In this document: positions 61,900-64,000 of the stretch, piece after piece | How positions within the stretch are numbered: position 1 is the stretch's first letter | Layout of the letters: every line of letters starts with the position of its first letter | Assembly: GCA_001643675.2 (NCBI GenBank) | Contig: LSRY02000001.1 | Span: 1-64,000 of the forward strand | Source of the DNA: Monocercomonoides exilis PA203 | Lineage: Eukaryota; Protista; Preaxostyla | Length of the DNA: 64,000 nucleotides | Reading direction: 5' to 3' | The notes under the pieces: model-generated | What the model was told of the DNA's origin: nothing | Seen by the model: only the letters and a program-made list of their open reading frames with translations | Database searches by the model: none | Made by a program: the position numbers and the translations under genes

Positions 61900-64000
61900 T
61901 TTCCTCAAGGTTGAAGCAAGATTGGCCTTCACATAATGCTACACCAACGTGTCTGTTCTAGGGGATAGGAGGGTAAACTTCGCTATCTGAGTCGGGGGTA
62001 TTCCAGATATCGTAAGTGTTGAAAGTGTTGCAGCCTTTATCGAATAAGGGGTGAAATGGCTTGGAATTCCTGCTTCCTTTAACGTCTTCTTTGCCAATCG
62101 TCTGATTCCTTCCACCGTTAGAGGATGAAATGTTTCGGTATTTGAAAACAATTTCTTTCCATCGGTCTTCTTTTCTGTATCTCCTCCTACAAAACCTGAA
62201 CGGCTGAAGCAGGATAGATCGAAGGGTTATTATTCAAAAACAAAACGGCAATCTCTGTTCGATTAAGCGATGTTTTTAGCCTTGTGTCCAAATGTATTCC
62301 TTCCTGCTCGAATCTGGATCGTTCCATGTCTACTCTTTCCAACTCTGAAAACATGTTCGCAGTGAATAGCATGGTGAGCACAATGGCTTTCATTGTCAGA
62401 TGTTTGAAACTCAATCTCTGGTTTTCTCCAAGTTTAGAAAAATACGTCAATATGGTATTCGGATTCCAATTTTTTAGAACCTTCTTCTTTCTTGTCATCT
62501 TTGTTCTTCTAAACCATCTGAACAATATTTTTATTATTGGAATATCCCCCAAATTTGTGTTGAAAACCAAGCTAGTGAAGAATGAAACCGCTGAGCGGAT
62601 GAGTTGCAAACATGACAGTTTCATTTCCTTATCTTTAAGTGGAATAAATATTCTGGAACATTGAGCTGCACACTCGTGAATATCCTCCTAAATAATGCCC
62701 ATATCACTTTTTTCCCACTGTTAACCAAATTGTTCGAAGCCGAATAAATATCCGTCCCAATTCGACCGAGAAATTCCTTATTTGCACTCCTTCACCAATA
62801 AAACTTGGAATAATCTTTATTCCTATGCCCTTTTCCGCCAGCTCTCTCCTTTTTCCCTGTGGATTGATTAATATTACTCTAAATCTGCCTGGAGGAAGAC
62901 ATGCACATATGTTTGTCATTGAAGGCCCCTTTCTCAACACTGTTCTCAGACTCCTCCATTCGAATTTCCGATGAGGCGTCTTCTCCAATAACACATTCCA
63001 GTTCTTCCCCTTCCAGTTCGGCTAGAGAAATACTACTGGTACTCTCTCCTTCTGAACCTTCCGAATCGTCATTAAAATCAGAGGAATTGGGTGGTGTGCC
63101 TGAACGCACTCGTTTTTCCATAAATATGCAAGACCGTCTTCTCACAATGGGCTTCCTATTCCGCACCAACGCTCAAGCTTGTGGTTGTGTTGAGCTGCAA
63201 AGGCGTCCAGTGTTGGAGAAACTTGAAGCACCGCAAGAATCTGAGTAAGTTCTTCGTCTGTAATGCTGTAGTCTCCCGCTCTTTCCAGGCGGAACAAAGA
63301 ATTGGCTCTTGTGTTTATCTATCCGGGGAGATGAACCGCTCTCAGAACAATTTCCAGTTTCTCCTTTAATGTCCATATCCTTTTGAGTGTCGGGCGAAGA
63401 TTCATTCCTGCATTCGATTTGTTCACGTTGAAAACGACTTCCGAAATGTCTGAACGAAATTGGAACTGTGATATCTGACTCACTGATATGACTGGAGCAA
63501 AATGTGATAGAGCAAGTTTTACTTCTTTTTATTCCTTGTTGTTGGATGATTGGTTTTTCACTGCGAAAGGAAAACGACTATTACAATCAAGTGACATTTT
63601 GTTTATTCTGAGGGTTGCTCCCCAGGAGAATTGTAATGCATATGTGGTTGGTCCGTCTTCTGGAATAAACACTTGTGTGAGTCTGCGTCCGGGGTTCTAC
63701 CTCAATGTCCATCTCCATCTTCTTATCTGCAGGAGGATTGACGCATTCAGCCTCATCATTCCATCCCATCCGTTTGTTAAAATTCCTTTCTGCAACAATT
63801 CGAAGATTGATCGGAGGTGCAAAGATGCGTCTGGCAGAATGAAGCATGGAGAGCTGAGCTTTCCCACGAATGATGCGAAGTCCTTCACTCTGACAGTCTT
63901 CGCTCTTATACACCTTCTCTCCCACTTGTGACACAGCTCTCGCAATGACTTTTTTCTTTCCTCCGTTAGGCACACATCGAAGCTGGTTGTGTTTCATTCG
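61900..64000 (-). mobile_element. Decayed DIRS-like tyrosine-recombinase retrotransposon (RT C-terminus, RNase H, MTase-like region, YR); continues beyond the window
   Basis: VKDFASFVGKL (RT thumb/connection), TTYALQFSWGATL and SSNNKE (RNase H-like), then a YR with FTANMFSEL and FTPYSIKAA (degenerate R..HSxR). Multiple stops and frameshifts. Confidence 0.78.

Noticed and set aside
1-64000. CRISPR arrays, rRNA, tRNA, telomeric repeats
   Set aside because: No repeat-spacer array, RNA-gene signature or TTAGGG tract was seen.

Overview
AT-rich eukaryotic genomic DNA with short GT-AG introns and the standard genetic code (conserved genes end in TAA). The lineage-specific gene families look like those of an oxymonad, most likely Monocercomonoides; this is recognition, not a database result. 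Left part (1-15 kb): a giant single-pass surface receptor gene (beta-helix/GGAI-repeat ectodomain, TM, TKL-like pseudokinase tail) whose 3' part is duplicated as a tail-to-tail palindrome with arms of at least 4.1 kb. Middle (15-36 kb): a nest of transposons. It holds a decayed Merlin/IS1595-type transposase interrupted by a GGCATA-ended MITE, two DD35D pogo/Fot-like pseudogenes, and a perfect foldback MITE with TA TSD. It also holds two GGGG..CCCC MITEs and two non-autonomous elements with 322- and 370-bp TIRs starting GGCATAGGTGTA that carry fragments of the host receptor family ('Pack-Merlin'-like). Right part (36-58 kb): GH2 glycosidase, V-ATPase subunit G, a giant Ser-rich LRR-PP2C, a VAMP7-like longin SNARE and CCDC113, followed by a third pogo pseudogene and a decayed DIRS-like retroelement. 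The best candidate for an undescribed system is Merlin-type TIR elements capturing and moving modules of an expanded surface-receptor family that also shows a compositionally distinct variable cassette.
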